DNA of 64,000 nucleotides from a plasmid. A program made the position numbers and the translations under genes. This document shows positions 20,264 to 31,113 of this stretch, piece by piece. The stretch lies in sequence record NZ_CP014527.1. One strand, written 5' to 3'. Under the pieces are notes generated by a model. That model had not been told where the DNA came from. It searched no databases and saw only the letters and a list, made by a program, of their open reading frames with translations. Position 1 is the stretch's first letter. Each line of letters begins with the position of its first letter.

Positions 20264-22537
20264 ATGCCTATGACCGACTTGTCAGCCGCTATCCTCCTGC
20301 TCACCGAGCTGGGCTTTATCTTCGTGATGCTGGTCTATATGGGCTCCAATCTTGATGACTTGGTCATTGACATTATCTTCTTCGGGCGCTGGATCTACAA
20401 AAGTCTGTTTGTCTTCCGGCGCTCCAAGCCAATGGCCATAGAGGTCCTGCACCGCGCACAACAACAGCCCGTAGCCCTGATGTTCCCGTCGTGGCAGGAA
20501 TCCGGAATTATTTACTCCTCACTCAGTAACATGTTCCGCACGCTGGACTATTCAAACTTCCATGTTTTCGTTGGAACCTACCCCAATGATCCGGATACTG
20601 GGAAAGAGGTTGAAAAGCTGTGCTCTACGCTGGGGAATGTCCATCACATCATCACTCCATTGCCGGGGCCAACCTGCAAGGCTGATTGTCTGAACTGGAT
20701 TGTCAAAGGGATCACAGAATACGAGCAAGCCAACGGAATGCGCTTCGAGGTTATCGTCATGCAGGATGCAGAAGACATCGTGCACCCGCTCAGCCTGAAG
20801 CTTTTCAACTTTCTGATCCCGCGCTTTGACCTGGTACAAACACCGGTCATCTCTCTGGAACGTCCGTGGCATGATCTGACTGGCGGCCACTACATGGACG
20901 AGTTCGCCGAGCTTCACAGCAAGGAAATCATTGTTCGTGAATTCTTGGCCGGGGTTGTTCCGGGGGCAGGGGTGGGAACAGCTTACTCCCGGCGGGCCCT
21001 GGATGCCGCACGAACAGAACAGGGAGAAGTGTTCAACACCGGCACGTTGACCGAAGATTACGAATTTTCGCTCCGCCTCAAGAAAGCAGGCATGAAGCAG
21101 ATTTTTGCACGTGTGCCTTTTGTCCGTACCGTATCACGAAAACAATGGCTGACCGGAAAGGAACAGCTGGTCACAATTGTTGACTACATCTGCACACGTG
21201 AATATTTCCCCAATGCCTTCTGGGCTGCCGTACGCCAGAAAAGCCGCTGGACAATCGGCATTGCCCTGCAGGGATGGCGTAACTTCGGATGGGATGGATC
21301 TTGGGCAATCCGCTATCTTCTGATGCGGGACAGGAAAATGGTGGTGCTGAGCCACGCCGCTCCATTCGGGCTCTTTGTTGTACTGGTGCATGTTGGCATC
21401 GCTCTGTGGGCATGGTCCATGGAGGACAGTTACCAACCGGCCCCTGTTCTTCCTGATGACAGTCCGTTCTGGCTTGTTGTGTGGATCAACCAGGCTCTGC
21501 TGGCCTACCGGCTTTTCCAGCGCCACTACTGGACACACAAATACTATGGATGGTCTGCCATACCCATGATCATCCCCCGTTATTTGTGGGCCATTGTCAT
21601 AAATTATTGTGCCGTAATACGAGCCCTGCGCATGTTTGGTCACCATCTACGTACGGGTGAAAAGATCGGCTGGGACAAAACATCGCACGAATACCCTGAT
21701 GAAGCACACCTGAAGCTTTATCGGCGCCGGATCGGCGATCTGATGATCGAGCGCCAGTTCATTACCCCCACCCAACTTGAACAAGCGCTGGCCATGCAGA
21801 AGGAAAAAGGGGGCACTATCGGCAATATCCTGATGGAAATGGGTCTGGTAAACCAAGACCAGTTTCTGGAAGTTCTTGGCATGCAGGTCAGGCTGGAAGT
21901 GCGTGCTATCGATCCATTCAGCGTACCCGATACTATCTTGCAGCGATTCCCGGCATCTCTAGCCAAACAGTTCAGCATGTTCCCCGTTGGCTTGTCTGCA
22001 TCGGGGAACCTTATGGTGGCCGCCCTGTCGGTTCCCACACAGGAACAAGTTGAAACGGTTGAGACAGCAATTGGCGGGCGAGCCGAATTCTGTCTGGCTG
22101 TATCCAGCGAGATCCTATTTGCCATTCACCGACGCTATGGCGGTATCCCGGAAGACGCTGCGAAGGGCAAGGGAGGGGCAGGGCCACCGCTGGGACAACG
22201 CTTGGTCGAGGCCGGCGTTATCACAGCTGAAATGTTGGCTGGTGCCCTGCGTGAACAAAGACGCTCCTATAAACCGATGGGGCAAATCCTTCTGGATCTG
22301 GATCTGCTTCCCTCACAAGCCACACTGGATGACGCTGTCAAAAAAGCAGCAGCCGCTGGTATTCCTTTAGGGCGCTGGCTGGCGGAGAACAGTATCTGCT
22401 CCACTGAAGACGTAGAGAAGGCGTTTGCCTTGTCCAAGAAAAGCGAGCGACCTGTCGGAGTCATTCTGGTCGAGCAGGGGCATATCTCGGAACAAACGCT
22501 GACAGACTTCCAGAACCAAGGCAACAAGCCGGCATGA
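20264..22537 (+). CDS. nfrB: NfrB-like inner-membrane family-2 glycosyltransferase with C-terminal MshEN/T2SSE_N-type repeats (c-di-GMP-binding class)
   Basis: N-terminal TM helix, GT2 core with D..DxD-like motifs, and further TM helices. The C-terminal ~250 aa contains three tandem ~50-aa segments of MshEN type: LMIERQFITPTQLEQALAMQKEKGGTIGNILMEMGLV, LGQRLVEAGVITAEML and LGRWLAENSICSTEDVEKA. Confidence 0.65.
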   Translation: MPMTDLSAAILLLTELGFIFVMLVYMGSNLDDLVIDIIFFGRWIYKSLFVFRRSKPMAIEVLHRAQQQPVALMFPSWQESGIIYSSLSNMFRTLDYSNFHVFVGTYPNDPDTGKEVEKLCSTLGNVHHIITPLPGPTCKADCLNWIVKGITEYEQANGMRFEVIVMQDAEDIVHPLSLKLFNFLIPRFDLVQTPVISLERPWHDLTGGHYMDEFAELHSKEIIVREFLAGVVPGAGVGTAYSRRALDAARTEQGEVFNTGTLTEDYEFSLRLKKAGMKQIFARVPFVRTVSRKQWLTGKEQLVTIVDYICTREYFPNAFWAAVRQKSRWTIGIALQGWRNFGWDGSWAIRYLLMRDRKMVVLSHAAPFGLFVVLVHVGIALWAWSMEDSYQPAPVLPDDSPFWLVVWINQALLAYRLFQRHYWTHKYYGWSAIPMIIPRYLWAIVINYCAVIRALRMFGHHLRTGEKIGWDKTSHEYPDEAHLKLYRRRIGDLMIERQFITPTQLEQALAMQKEKGGTIGNILMEMGLVNQDQFLEVLGMQVRLEVRAIDPFSVPDTILQRFPASLAKQFSMFPVGLSASGNLMVAALSVPTQEQVETVETAIGGRAEFCLAVSSEILFAIHRRYGGIPEDAAKGKGGAGPPLGQRLVEAGVITAEMLAGALREQRRSYKPMGQILLDLDLLPSQATLDDAVKKAAAAGIPLGRWLAENSICSTEDVEKAFALSKKSERPVGVILVEQGHISEQTLTDFQNQGNKPA

Positions 22538-25500
22538 TAACGCAAGGACACATACCGGGCTGGATCCTGGCCAGCATGATCGGCAGCAGCCTGCTATATG
22601 GACCATGTGCTCAAGCTCAGCAGGCACCAACAGCCGAGAAGCGGCTGATACAAATGCTGCCGGAACAAAGCTTCATAGAACGTGAATGGCTGCGGCACAG
22701 AACCTTCCCGTACGAAGAAAAGGCGCGCACCCTGATACAAGGTGATCGCAAGGAGGAAGCCCTGCAGGAGTTGGAAAAAGGACTGACACTGATCCCGGAA
22801 GCTCACGTCATGCGCTGGCGTGCGACCGTCTTGGCTGCGGAGCTACAGAAACCAGCCGATGTTCTGCGGCTGAGTGCACCGTTGACGGAAGTCGCTCCTG
22901 ATTTCAGCCTTCTGCGTTTGTTTCGCGCAACAGCTCTGCAAACCTTAGGGCACCGTGAAGAGGCCGCCACAGAACTGACGCAAGCTATGGGAAGCGCCAC
23001 ACTCAGTGTGGATGAACAACTGCGTGCCTTGGAACTACAGACGCGCACGGCACCAAACAGTGCCGGTCTACAAAAAGCAATGGATGATCTGGAAGTACTC
23101 TCGCATAAAAGAGCATTGACCCAACAGGAGCAATTGGCAGCAGCCCGGATCCTGGTTCTGGCCAAACGCGACCGGGAAGCAGCCGAACGCTTGCTCCAAC
23201 TGACCCGGAACCAGGACACGGAACAGTCCATAGAGGATGCCGCAGCCGTAGACCTTGGCTTTCTCCTGCTACGACAGAACAAGCCAGGGGAAGCCTACAC
23301 GCTTGTCTGGCCAAGACGGGAGCGCCTTGGGCATTCGCCCGCTGTCCTTGGCCTTCTGGCGGAAGCTGCCAGCCGCAGCGGCCACCACGAACAAGCCATT
23401 GAACTGTACAAGCCTCTTCGGAACAGCAGTAACCCATCTGACTTACAGGTATTGGCTGATCTCCTGGCCCGGGGCGGCCTTCGGGAAGAAGCGGCACAGA
23501 CCCTTGAAGCTGTGGCAGGGCTTCGCCTTGGGGCAGCAGACCGGGCCCTGTCACTGAAACGGGCAGCCTTCATCCGTCTGGATGCCGGACAGGAAGAACA
23601 AGCGCTGGAACTCTTCATAAAAGCGCTGGAGCTGGACCAAAGCCCGGACACGCTGAATTCTGTGGTTCTGACAGCGATCTCTGCCAAGCGTATCAAGGAC
23701 GCCAGCCTGGTACTGCAGCGAGTCGAGCAGGAACAAAGCCTTCAGGCCCCAAACCGGGCTGATGTCATTAACGCACATCGCCTATCCCTGTGTGCAGCAC
23801 AGCTTGAACAGAATACCCCGGAAGAGTCCGTACGCTGTCTGGAAGAACTCCCACACAGTATCGGTGACATACCCGAACGCCTGCAGCTTCTGGCGGAAGC
23901 ACAGAGACGGGCAGGGGACACCTCTGCACGTACAAAGACACTCGAAACCTTGGCACAACTGCGATCCGACAAGGACACGCTGGTCTCGCTGGCTGATGCA
24001 CGGTGGGCCGAGGGCAATGTCCGTGGATCAGCCGAGGCGCTGGAGCAAGCCGCCCATCTGGATCATGAAGCCGCCGCAAGAACAGCGATTGAAGCGCTTG
24101 TTCGCTGGAAAGGGGCACAAGAATGGGTATCGGTAGAGCGTGTAGCCCGCCGCATCTTGGAAAGAATCAGCCCGGAAAATGAAGCTGTACGCCAAGCCCT
24201 GACGGCCCTGGCTGAAAGCGGGACCGCCACACAAAAGAATCAGCAACGCAAGAAAGCCTTACAGGACCTGTACCATCGCGGACTAATCTCCGTCGATCAA
24301 CGCTTGGACCTTGCTTTTGTTCTTCTGGAAGACAAGGAAACGAAGGAAGCCGTCCGGCTGATGTGGGAAACATTGCAACACGAACAAAGCCCCAGGGTTC
24401 ATGTTCTTCTGGCAACAGCACTGGACAGGGCAAACCGCAAGGGACCCGCCGCTGATTTCTACGAAAGATCCCTGCGGGATTATTCTGGACCCCGCAGCCT
24501 ATCAGCCGGAACAAAAAACCTGGTCAACGCATCACTGGGCTATTTGTACTACGATACGGGACGGCCGGATCTGGCTGCCCGCCACTGGAAACAGGCCTTG
24601 TCGGGGCAGCATGATCCCGTTCTACAATTACGACTGGCACAAGCCTTTCTGGGGGCAGGAGAGGCTGAAAGCGCCCTGCAGCAGATTGGCACCCTTGAAG
24701 CCACAAAACTACCCGATGACCTAAAGCCCGTGCATCTGGAAACGTGGGCTAGGGCGCTGGCTGCAGCCGGTCGGGACCAAGAAGCCATACAAGTATATCA
24801 AACCTTGAACGCAACCAGTCCAACCAGCGGCCGACGTCTGGAGCAAGCCGTAGTCGAACGACGGCAGGGCCAAATGGAGCCGGCCTTTCACACCTTGGAA
24901 GCAGCGTATCAAGTCACCCCGGACAACGAAGCCCTGGGGCTAGCCTATGCCTATGCAGCCCGTGACCTGGGCGATCACGAACGGGCAGAACCCTTGCTAA
25001 GCCACATTACGGGTGCGAACCCGGACCAGCTCTCCGCGCGGGAGGATCTGGGTTATACCCGTGCGGCTCTTGGTGATACCCAAGGCGCACAAGATGCCTT
25101 CTCCGACGTTATAGAGGATGAGCGCCTGTATGCAGCCATGCGCCAATACACACCCGTTCAGAACCGCGCCCACATTTGGGGGCTAAGGCGACAAAACAGC
25201 ATCTTGAACGATAACCTAGCGTTACAAGGCTATACTACGATCTGCCCACAAGCCAGCTCATGCCGACGGACAACAAGCCCGGTCGGTGATGCCCTGAACG
25301 AGGCACAAGGCGGCGTGGAACTGGCATGGAGACCTCCCTCTGTTGGCTATCGCGACGGACGCACCCTTGCCATCACCGGACGCCTGTTCTGGGGGACCAT
25401 CAACGGTGCCTCTCCCGTACCGGATAAACACACCACACAGGCTGGGGCTGGCCTGCGCTGGAAACCCCTGCGCGAGCATGACTTCAATCTGGCGGCTGAA

Positions 25501-25950
25501 CGCCTGTTTTCCATTGGATCCAAAACAGAAGACAACACGCTGGTTCGTGTAAGCTATGGCCTGAGCAGCAGCATGGACATACCACCCGATGAACCTGCCT
25601 GGACACCATATTACAGCTTTTATGTGGATGCCGGACGGTTTCTTGAGAAATCGAAGGCTCGGCTTGTCAGTAGCGAACTCCGGCTGGGAGGGAAATGGCG
25701 CATGGGCACACCCTATATAGCAGCACCGTTTGCCCTGATCGGAGGATCCCACGCCGGGACAAGCACACTGGACGACACCATTGCCCGCGGTGGTATCGGG
25801 TTGCACTGGCGCCTGTGGTACAATGAATCTGCAAGCCATGCGCATCAGTCTTATATCGATGTCACACCACGCCTGACCCGTGACATCACAAAAGACGGGC
25901 AGGGCGACAGGCAAACACGTTTCATTGTCTCCGTTCTGGCACGGTTCTAG
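22534..25950 (+). CDS. nfrA: NfrA-like TPR-rich outer-membrane protein (EPS export)
   Basis: 1138 aa with a signal peptide, a long TPR-repeat region and a C-terminal beta-barrel-like region (alternating aromatic/hydrophobic strands, terminal RF). It is translationally coupled to the nfrB-like gene. Confidence 0.6.
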   Translation: MITQGHIPGWILASMIGSSLLYGPCAQAQQAPTAEKRLIQMLPEQSFIEREWLRHRTFPYEEKARTLIQGDRKEEALQELEKGLTLIPEAHVMRWRATVLAAELQKPADVLRLSAPLTEVAPDFSLLRLFRATALQTLGHREEAATELTQAMGSATLSVDEQLRALELQTRTAPNSAGLQKAMDDLEVLSHKRALTQQEQLAAARILVLAKRDREAAERLLQLTRNQDTEQSIEDAAAVDLGFLLLRQNKPGEAYTLVWPRRERLGHSPAVLGLLAEAASRSGHHEQAIELYKPLRNSSNPSDLQVLADLLARGGLREEAAQTLEAVAGLRLGAADRALSLKRAAFIRLDAGQEEQALELFIKALELDQSPDTLNSVVLTAISAKRIKDASLVLQRVEQEQSLQAPNRADVINAHRLSLCAAQLEQNTPEESVRCLEELPHSIGDIPERLQLLAEAQRRAGDTSARTKTLETLAQLRSDKDTLVSLADARWAEGNVRGSAEALEQAAHLDHEAAARTAIEALVRWKGAQEWVSVERVARRILERISPENEAVRQALTALAESGTATQKNQQRKKALQDLYHRGLISVDQRLDLAFVLLEDKETKEAVRLMWETLQHEQSPRVHVLLATALDRANRKGPAADFYERSLRDYSGPRSLSAGTKNLVNASLGYLYYDTGRPDLAARHWKQALSGQHDPVLQLRLAQAFLGAGEAESALQQIGTLEATKLPDDLKPVHLETWARALAAAGRDQEAIQVYQTLNATSPTSGRRLEQAVVERRQGQMEPAFHTLEAAYQVTPDNEALGLAYAYAARDLGDHERAEPLLSHITGANPDQLSAREDLGYTRAALGDTQGAQDAFSDVIEDERLYAAMRQYTPVQNRAHIWGLRRQNSILNDNLALQGYTTICPQASSCRRTTSPVGDALNEAQGGVELAWRPPSVGYRDGRTLAITGRLFWGTINGASPVPDKHTTQAGAGLRWKPLREHDFNLAAERLFSIGSKTEDNTLVRVSYGLSSSMDIPPDEPAWTPYYSFYVDAGRFLEKSKARLVSSELRLGGKWRMGTPYIAAPFALIGGSHAGTSTLDDTIARGGIGLHWRLWYNESASHAHQSYIDVTPRLTRDITKDGQGDRQTRFIVSVLARF

Positions 25951-25952
25951 AG

Positions 25953-27065
25953 ATGCGTAAACGCCTTGTCATCTTTGCACTATGGATGGTTGGAATAGGC
26001 TCTGCCCATGCTGTCTGCGGACCCGCAGGGGCTCCGGATGCCACCTTCTACCAGCCACTGGCCATCCACGGTAACCGTAGCCCGGAAGACTGGGATGCCT
26101 TTGGGCGGTCCCTTAAACAGATCGGTATTCAGAGCATCTACGTACAGTGGTCCATCCTGAATAGCATTGCCTTGTTTCCCCTGTCAGACGCAGTTGGGAA
26201 AGAAATATATGCGAGACATATCAGTCCGCTACCAAACCCGCCCTTGCCGGGTCTGCTGGCCATGGCCGAAAGGAATGGAATTGGCCTGTGGATAGGCCTA
26301 GATCTTGATCCATCCTTCTTTCAAGTTCACGAGCGAAATCCGGATCTGCTGCGGGTCTACTTCCTGCGCCGTGAGCTGGCTCTGGAGGCCCTGCTGCCGG
26401 ATCTGGGGAGATTGGTTGCAACCAGTCCAGCTCTGCATGGCTGGTATATTACGGATGAGCTTGACGACCTGCATTGGCAGGATACAACCCGCCGAGCTTT
26501 ACTCACGGAACATCTTGCCAAGATTACCGAGCTTCTGTCCTCGCTGACAGAGCACCCTGTACTCATAGCCATATCGGGGTTCTCAAACGGTCGAACCAGT
26601 CCATCTGTGCTGGCCGAATTCTGGGATACAGTCCTGACAAAAGGCCGCATCGACCGCCTTTTATTTCAGGACAGCATCGGGGCCGGCAAACTCAGCGTGC
26701 AGGAAAGCACTCTTTACCGTGACGCCCTAGCTAAAAAACTGGGCCAGCGGGTTCATATGGTTGTGGAGGCCTTTTCTGTACAGCAGCAGAATCCGGATGG
26801 CAGCCAGTTCGTCGGCATTCCGGCTTCCACGACAGAAATGCACGAGAGGCTGCGCCTTGCCATGGGGGCGGCCATGGCAAGGCCCGTCCTGTTCAGCGCA
26901 CCGGAGTATCTTCTGCCATCCAGAGCAGAGGAAATGAGTCAATCCGGGAACATATCAACGGCAGATCGTGACCACCGCGCCAAGGCGCTATACGATCTTC
27001 AGGCCAAGGTCGCACAGCAATGCGTGACCAGCCTGCCCGGCATACAGGGTGTGAACAGCAGATGA
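25953..27065 (+). CDS. Periplasmic YbcH/DUF4434-like putative glycoside-hydrolase-fold protein
   Basis: Signal peptide MRKRLVIFALWMVGIGSAHA and TIM-barrel-like hydrophobic periodicity. Third gene of the nfrB-nfrA-X operon arrangement. The family call comes from recall of the E. coli nfr locus and is unverified. Confidence 0.4.
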   Translation: MRKRLVIFALWMVGIGSAHAVCGPAGAPDATFYQPLAIHGNRSPEDWDAFGRSLKQIGIQSIYVQWSILNSIALFPLSDAVGKEIYARHISPLPNPPLPGLLAMAERNGIGLWIGLDLDPSFFQVHERNPDLLRVYFLRRELALEALLPDLGRLVATSPALHGWYITDELDDLHWQDTTRRALLTEHLAKITELLSSLTEHPVLIAISGFSNGRTSPSVLAEFWDTVLTKGRIDRLLFQDSIGAGKLSVQESTLYRDALAKKLGQRVHMVVEAFSVQQQNPDGSQFVGIPASTTEMHERLRLAMGAAMARPVLFSAPEYLLPSRAEEMSQSGNISTADRDHRAKALYDLQAKVAQQCVTSLPGIQGVNSR

Positions 27066-27071
27066 GTCTGC

Positions 27072-28220
27072 ATGAAAACACTTGTTGTCATCGGAACACG
27101 CCCTGAAGCGATCAAAATGGCCCCGCTTGCCAGAGTACTATCGCGTGACAAGGCCTTGTCCTGCCGGGTTGCCGTAACAGGGCAGCATCCGGACTTGGTG
27201 CCCCCAATACTGGATTTCTTCGAGGTTCCCGTTCACCACAACATGTCATTGGCACGCTCACGCCAAGGGCTGGCTCATCTGCATGCCGGCATTCTGGATC
27301 AGATGGAGGCCATGATTGAGCAAGACCGTCCGGATCTTGTGCTGGTGCATGGTGATACAACCAGTGCACTGGCTGCAGCGGAGGCTGCTTTTTACAGTGG
27401 CGTACCCGTCGGACACGTCGAGGCCGGGCTTCGCAGCCACAACCTCCGCAGTCCCTGGCCAGAAGAGATGAACCGCATCGCCATAGATCAACTGGCAGAC
27501 CTCATGTTTGCACCGACAGAGCAGGCCAGAACAAACCTACTGAACGAGGGGCGAACTGATGACACGATCACCGTAACAGGAAACACTGTGGTTGATGCCC
27601 TGTTATGGGTTTGCCACAAACTCGACAGCGATGCCGCCCTGACAGCGCGCATTGTAGCAACATTGCCACGCCTACCCGATGACCGCCGGATTATTCTGGT
27701 CACAACTCATCGCCGGGAAAACTTCGGCCCCCCCTTGGCACGGATCAGCCAAGCATTGCACACACTGGCAAACCGCCCCGACGTGTGTATCGTCTTCCCC
27801 CTGCACCCCAACCCAGAAGTGGGCATGAGGATGAAAGCCTTTCTGGCCAGTCACCCCTTTATCATCCTGACCCATCCTCTGGACTATCTTCCCTTCGTCC
27901 TACTGATGCGCCGCGCCGCCGTCATCCTGACGGATTCAGGAGGCATACAGGAAGAAGCACCATCTGTAGGAACCCCAGTCTTGGTCCTGCGGGACTTGAC
28001 AGAAAGACCGGAAGCCTTGGACAGCGGGGCCATCCGCTTGGTCGGAACCCGAACAGAGTCCATTGTAGAGGCTACCTCCGAGATTCTTGATGCGTCATCC
28101 CCTACAGCACCCCAACCTGCAGGAAATAACCCGTTTGGTGATGGCAAAGCGTGTGAGCGGATTTGCCAAACCATAAAAAACTGGAAATCACCGGGTAAAA
28201 AACGTAAAGCCCCCGCCTGA
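27072..28220 (+). CDS. wecB: UDP-N-acetylglucosamine 2-epimerase (non-hydrolysing)
   Basis: N-terminus MKTLVVIGTRPEAIKMAPL and a GDTTSALAAA-type motif, with a HRREN region. 382 aa. Confidence 0.85.
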   Translation: MKTLVVIGTRPEAIKMAPLARVLSRDKALSCRVAVTGQHPDLVPPILDFFEVPVHHNMSLARSRQGLAHLHAGILDQMEAMIEQDRPDLVLVHGDTTSALAAAEAAFYSGVPVGHVEAGLRSHNLRSPWPEEMNRIAIDQLADLMFAPTEQARTNLLNEGRTDDTITVTGNTVVDALLWVCHKLDSDAALTARIVATLPRLPDDRRIILVTTHRRENFGPPLARISQALHTLANRPDVCIVFPLHPNPEVGMRMKAFLASHPFIILTHPLDYLPFVLLMRRAAVILTDSGGIQEEAPSVGTPVLVLRDLTERPEALDSGAIRLVGTRTESIVEATSEILDASSPTAPQPAGNNPFGDGKACERICQTIKNWKSPGKKRKAPA

Positions 28221-28255
28221 TAAAGGGCAGGGGCCAACGACACCGTCACACACTG

Positions 28256-29665
28256 TCAGGCGCTGTAATACATCTGATACTCAATCGGATGAGGAGTGTG
28301 TTCAAACGCATGAACTTCCTGGAATTTGAGATCGGTATAGGCATCAAGAAAACCAGGTGTAAACACATCACCCTTCATCAGAAAGTCTCGATCCGCCTTC
28401 AGGGCATCCAGAGCTTCCCGCAGGGAACCACATACCGTGGGAACCTGTGACAGCTCTTCTGGTGGCAAATCGTACAGATTCTTGTCCATGGGATCACCGG
28501 GATGAATCTTGTTCTGAATCCCGTCCAGACCCGCCATCATCATCGCGGTATAAGCCAGATAGGGATTGGCCGTCGGATCAGGAAAACGCACTTCCACCCG
28601 TTTCCCTTTGGGATTGGAAACATAGGGAATACGACAGGATGCAGACCGGTTACGCGAAGAATAAGCCAGAAGAACCGGCGCCTCAAATCCCGGAATCAGG
28701 CGCTTGTAGGAATTTGTAGATGGATTTGTAAACGCGTTGAGCGCCTTGGCATGCTTGATAATGCCACCAATATAGTACAATGCCATGTCAGACAGGTCTG
28801 CGTAACCGGACCCTGCAAACAACGGCTTGCCATCCTTCCACAGGGACTGATGAACGTGCATGCCAGACCCGTTGTCCCCCGCCAAAGGCTTGGGCATGAA
28901 CGTAGCGGTCTTGCCGTACGAGTGGGCGACCATGTGCACAACGTACTTGTATATCTGCATCCAGTCCGCTGACTGCAACAAAGTACCAAACCGGAAACCA
29001 AGCTCATGCTGTGACGAGGCAACCTCATGATGATGCTTCTCGACATCAACCCCCATATCCAGAAGGGTTGATGTCATCTCGGCACGCAGATCAACACCAC
29101 TGTCAACAGGAGGAACCGGGAAGTATCCTCCCTTGATACCGGGGCGATGTGCCCAGTTGCCCTGATCAAACTCCTTGCCACTGGCCCAAGGGGCATCGCC
29201 GGCATCAAGCTCGAAGGACACTTTGTTCATATCCACCGTATAGCGGACGTCATCAAAGACAAAGAACTCTGCCTCGGGGCCAAAATAGGCCGTATCGGCA
29301 ATGCCGGTACTTTGCGCATAAGCAAGACCGCGGCGTGCTATACCGCGTGGACAGCGATCATAAGACTGACCTGTTGCAGGATCCACAACGTCGCAAAACA
29401 CAACAAGCTGCGGTTGGGCCGTAAAGGGATCCATCACGGCCGTCGAGATGTCCGGCATCAAAATCATGTCGGACTCGTTAATTTCCTTCCAGCCGGCAAT
29501 GGATGACCCATCAAACATAATACCGTCGGCCAGAAGATCATCTGTCACGGTCTTGACATGCTGGGCTGTGTGCTGCCACTTGCCACGGGGATCGGTAAAA
29601 CGGAAATCAACATACTTGACGTCATTTTCCTTGATTTTTTCGAAAAATGTAGCGGTATCAGACAT
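28256..29665 (-). CDS. glnA: Glutamine synthetase type I
   Basis: 469 aa from [27 protein letters not shown] signature regions are present, including the adenylylation-site region NPYLA. Confidence 0.9.
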   Translation of the reverse strand: MSDTATFFEKIKENDVKYVDFRFTDPRGKWQHTAQHVKTVTDDLLADGIMFDGSSIAGWKEINESDMILMPDISTAVMDPFTAQPQLVVFCDVVDPATGQSYDRCPRGIARRGLAYAQSTGIADTAYFGPEAEFFVFDDVRYTVDMNKVSFELDAGDAPWASGKEFDQGNWAHRPGIKGGYFPVPPVDSGVDLRAEMTSTLLDMGVDVEKHHHEVASSQHELGFRFGTLLQSADWMQIYKYVVHMVAHSYGKTATFMPKPLAGDNGSGMHVHQSLWKDGKPLFAGSGYADLSDMALYYIGGIIKHAKALNAFTNPSTNSYKRLIPGFEAPVLLAYSSRNRSASCRIPYVSNPKGKRVEVRFPDPTANPYLAYTAMMMAGLDGIQNKIHPGDPMDKNLYDLPPEELSQVPTVCGSLREALDALKADRDFLMKGDVFTPGFLDAYTDLKFQEVHAFEHTPHPIEYQMYYSA

Positions 29666-29739
29666 GAATACTTTTCCTTGTCCTGAATGGTTACCGTCCC
29701 TCGGTCCCATTGTCTATGCCACACAAAACCACACATCAC

Positions 29740-30126
<387 letters not shown>

Positions 30127-30212
30127 TTATGTATGGAAGATCTGCGACCACATAAATAGAAAATACATGCGGCTACCACAACTTTCAATCCTTGCAATGG
30201 GGCAATACCATC

Positions 30213-31109
30213 TTATGCGATATCGCATAGGGGCGTTTCATGCCCGGCCCGCTCAGGAAGAGTGCCCAAAAGCTGATCCAGAGCATCACGCAGGGCATGC
30301 AAGCGCTGTATATCCTCGTGACCAAGGGATCCAGGGCTGGCCTGAAGTCGGGCAATTTGCTTCAATGCCGGAAGCAGAACCTTGGTCGCCGAAGCTGTAC
30401 CGACGTCTTTGGCACTCTTTTGCTCCGGCTTTGCAGACGGAGTATTCAGGTCGGTCTTCATCGCCCGAAGTTCACTAACCGTCATTCCTGTCGTAACGAT
30501 CCTGCCCCAGGCAACACGCGCGGCCTGTTCATCCCCAAGATCAGCAAGCGCAAACAGGGTACTTTTGCTGATCTTGTTCGAGACCGACGGCACCGCCTGC
30601 AGAATATCCTCCGGCAAGGAGAGAATGTTCAGGGTTCGGCTGATCTCGGATTGTGAGCGACCGAGGATCTCGGCAACCTGCCCTTGGGTATAACCATGCC
30701 GGTTCATCAGCCGCTCGCAGCCACGAGCCAATTCCACCATATCGAGATCAACACGGACAACATTCTCGACCAATGCTATTTCCGCCGGATCTCCGGAAAT
30801 AATAATGGCCTTGATTTCGTGATGCCCCAGTAGACGGCAGGCCCGCCACCGGCGTTCCCCCGCATACAGGATATGTTTCCCATCTGGACCTGAGGCCGAA
30901 ACCAGAACCGGCTGTAGCAATCCAAGACGATGGATGGAAGAGGCCAGCGCTGCCAGATCATCATCATCGAAGAACGAACGCGGCTGATCCGGGTTGGGAA
31001 CAATGGACGTCAGGGCAAGGGTACTGACCCTGCTTTCGCCAGAAAAGAATGACGTCATCAAGGAAGAAACATGTCCCGTTGTCGTACGGGGTGGCATCTT
31101 GCGCGACAT
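30213..31109 (-). CDS. parB: ParB-family partition protein
   Basis: ParB/Srx fold motifs (LGLLQPVLV, GERRWRA) and a central HTH. The start is uncertain (31109-31184). It follows the parA-like gene. Confidence 0.7.
   Translation of the reverse strand: MSRKMPPRTTTGHVSSLMTSFFSGESRVSTLALTSIVPNPDQPRSFFDDDDLAALASSIHRLGLLQPVLVSASGPDGKHILYAGERRWRACRLLGHHEIKAIIISGDPAEIALVENVVRVDLDMVELARGCERLMNRHGYTQGQVAEILGRSQSEISRTLNILSLPEDILQAVPSVSNKISKSTLFALADLGDEQAARVAWGRIVTTGMTVSELRAMKTDLNTPSAKPEQKSAKDVGTASATKVLLPALKQIARLQASPGSLGHEDIQRLHALRDALDQLLGTLPERAGHETPLCDIA
30214..30229. repeat. 16-bp perfect palindrome TATGCGATATCGCATA, copy 2
   Basis: Seen directly in the sequence. It abuts the parB stop, upstream of glnB. 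Confidence 0.9.
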
Positions 31110-31113
31110 AGAC

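Noticed and set aside
30188-30210. Possible sigma-54 -24/-12 element near glnB (TGGtattgccccaTTGCA on the minus strand)
   Set aside because: The GG-to-GC spacing is off by 2 bp from the consensus, so it is not supported.
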